Assembly (NCBI GenBank): GCA_030704615.1
Contig: CM060732.1
Location: 10,478,001 to 10,542,000, forward strand
DNA length: 64,000 bases
Reading direction: 5' to 3'
Source of the DNA: Takakia lepidozioides
Lineage: Eukaryota > Plantae > Bryophyta
Shown here in pieces: positions 63,720-64,000 of this stretch; position 1 is the first letter of the stretch, and each line of letters opens with the position of its first letter. The notes under the pieces were generated by a model, which did not search any database, was not told the DNA's origin, and saw only the letters and a list, made by a program, of their open reading frames with translations. The translations under genes and the position numbers were made by a program.

Positions 63720-64000
63720 GTAGGAAGTTTTGACCACCTTTTTACATCAGGGATTGATTGTTGTTTTAGCTCTTAACAAGATAGGGAGAGAAGTGCGAGG
63801 GCCTCCGACTCAGTAAGTTCTTATTTGGGCACATAATATGTTCACAGTACTGCACTTGATGTTGTGTGGGGTTTTACTCTTATTAGACAGAAGGATGAAG
63901 GACAGAGAGAGATATAGTGTGTCCATGGGCCAAGGGACATGAGAATAGAAATCCAGAAACCTTTAAGAAAATTCCTAACATCAATCGATGAAAGAGATAA

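Overview
Repeat-dense eukaryotic DNA, most likely from a land plant given the PLS-class PPR motifs, spliceosomal introns and a plant-type MAD1. The host content is a degenerate tandem PPR array (1-12364, plus a piece at 41643-41835) and the first six exons of a MAD1 gene (61543 to the window end). The rest is nested transposable elements: several broken Ty3/gypsy retroelements, hAT-like and Sola-like MITEs, and four copies of one unusual Mutator-like (MULE) DNA transposon family in two diverged subfamilies. Subfamily A is 1475-9064 (9-bp TSD) and about 22921-35453. Subfamily B is 44532-57287 and a fragment at 17834-21590. The element has 21-bp TIRs and two divergently transcribed genes. One is a GCM-like/DDE/SWIM transposase. 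The other is a spliced cargo gene joining a ParB/Srx-like domain (WDGNHR) to a beta-class amino (N6A/N4C) DNA-methyltransferase-like domain. The spacer between the genes, the subterminal regions and some introns carry many palindromes with the core TTCGGCGCCGAA, whose flanks differ by subfamily. This transposon-borne ParB-MTase plus palindrome-array module is the candidate new system. Every copy here is damaged, and domain calls come from recognising motifs by eye, not from database searches.
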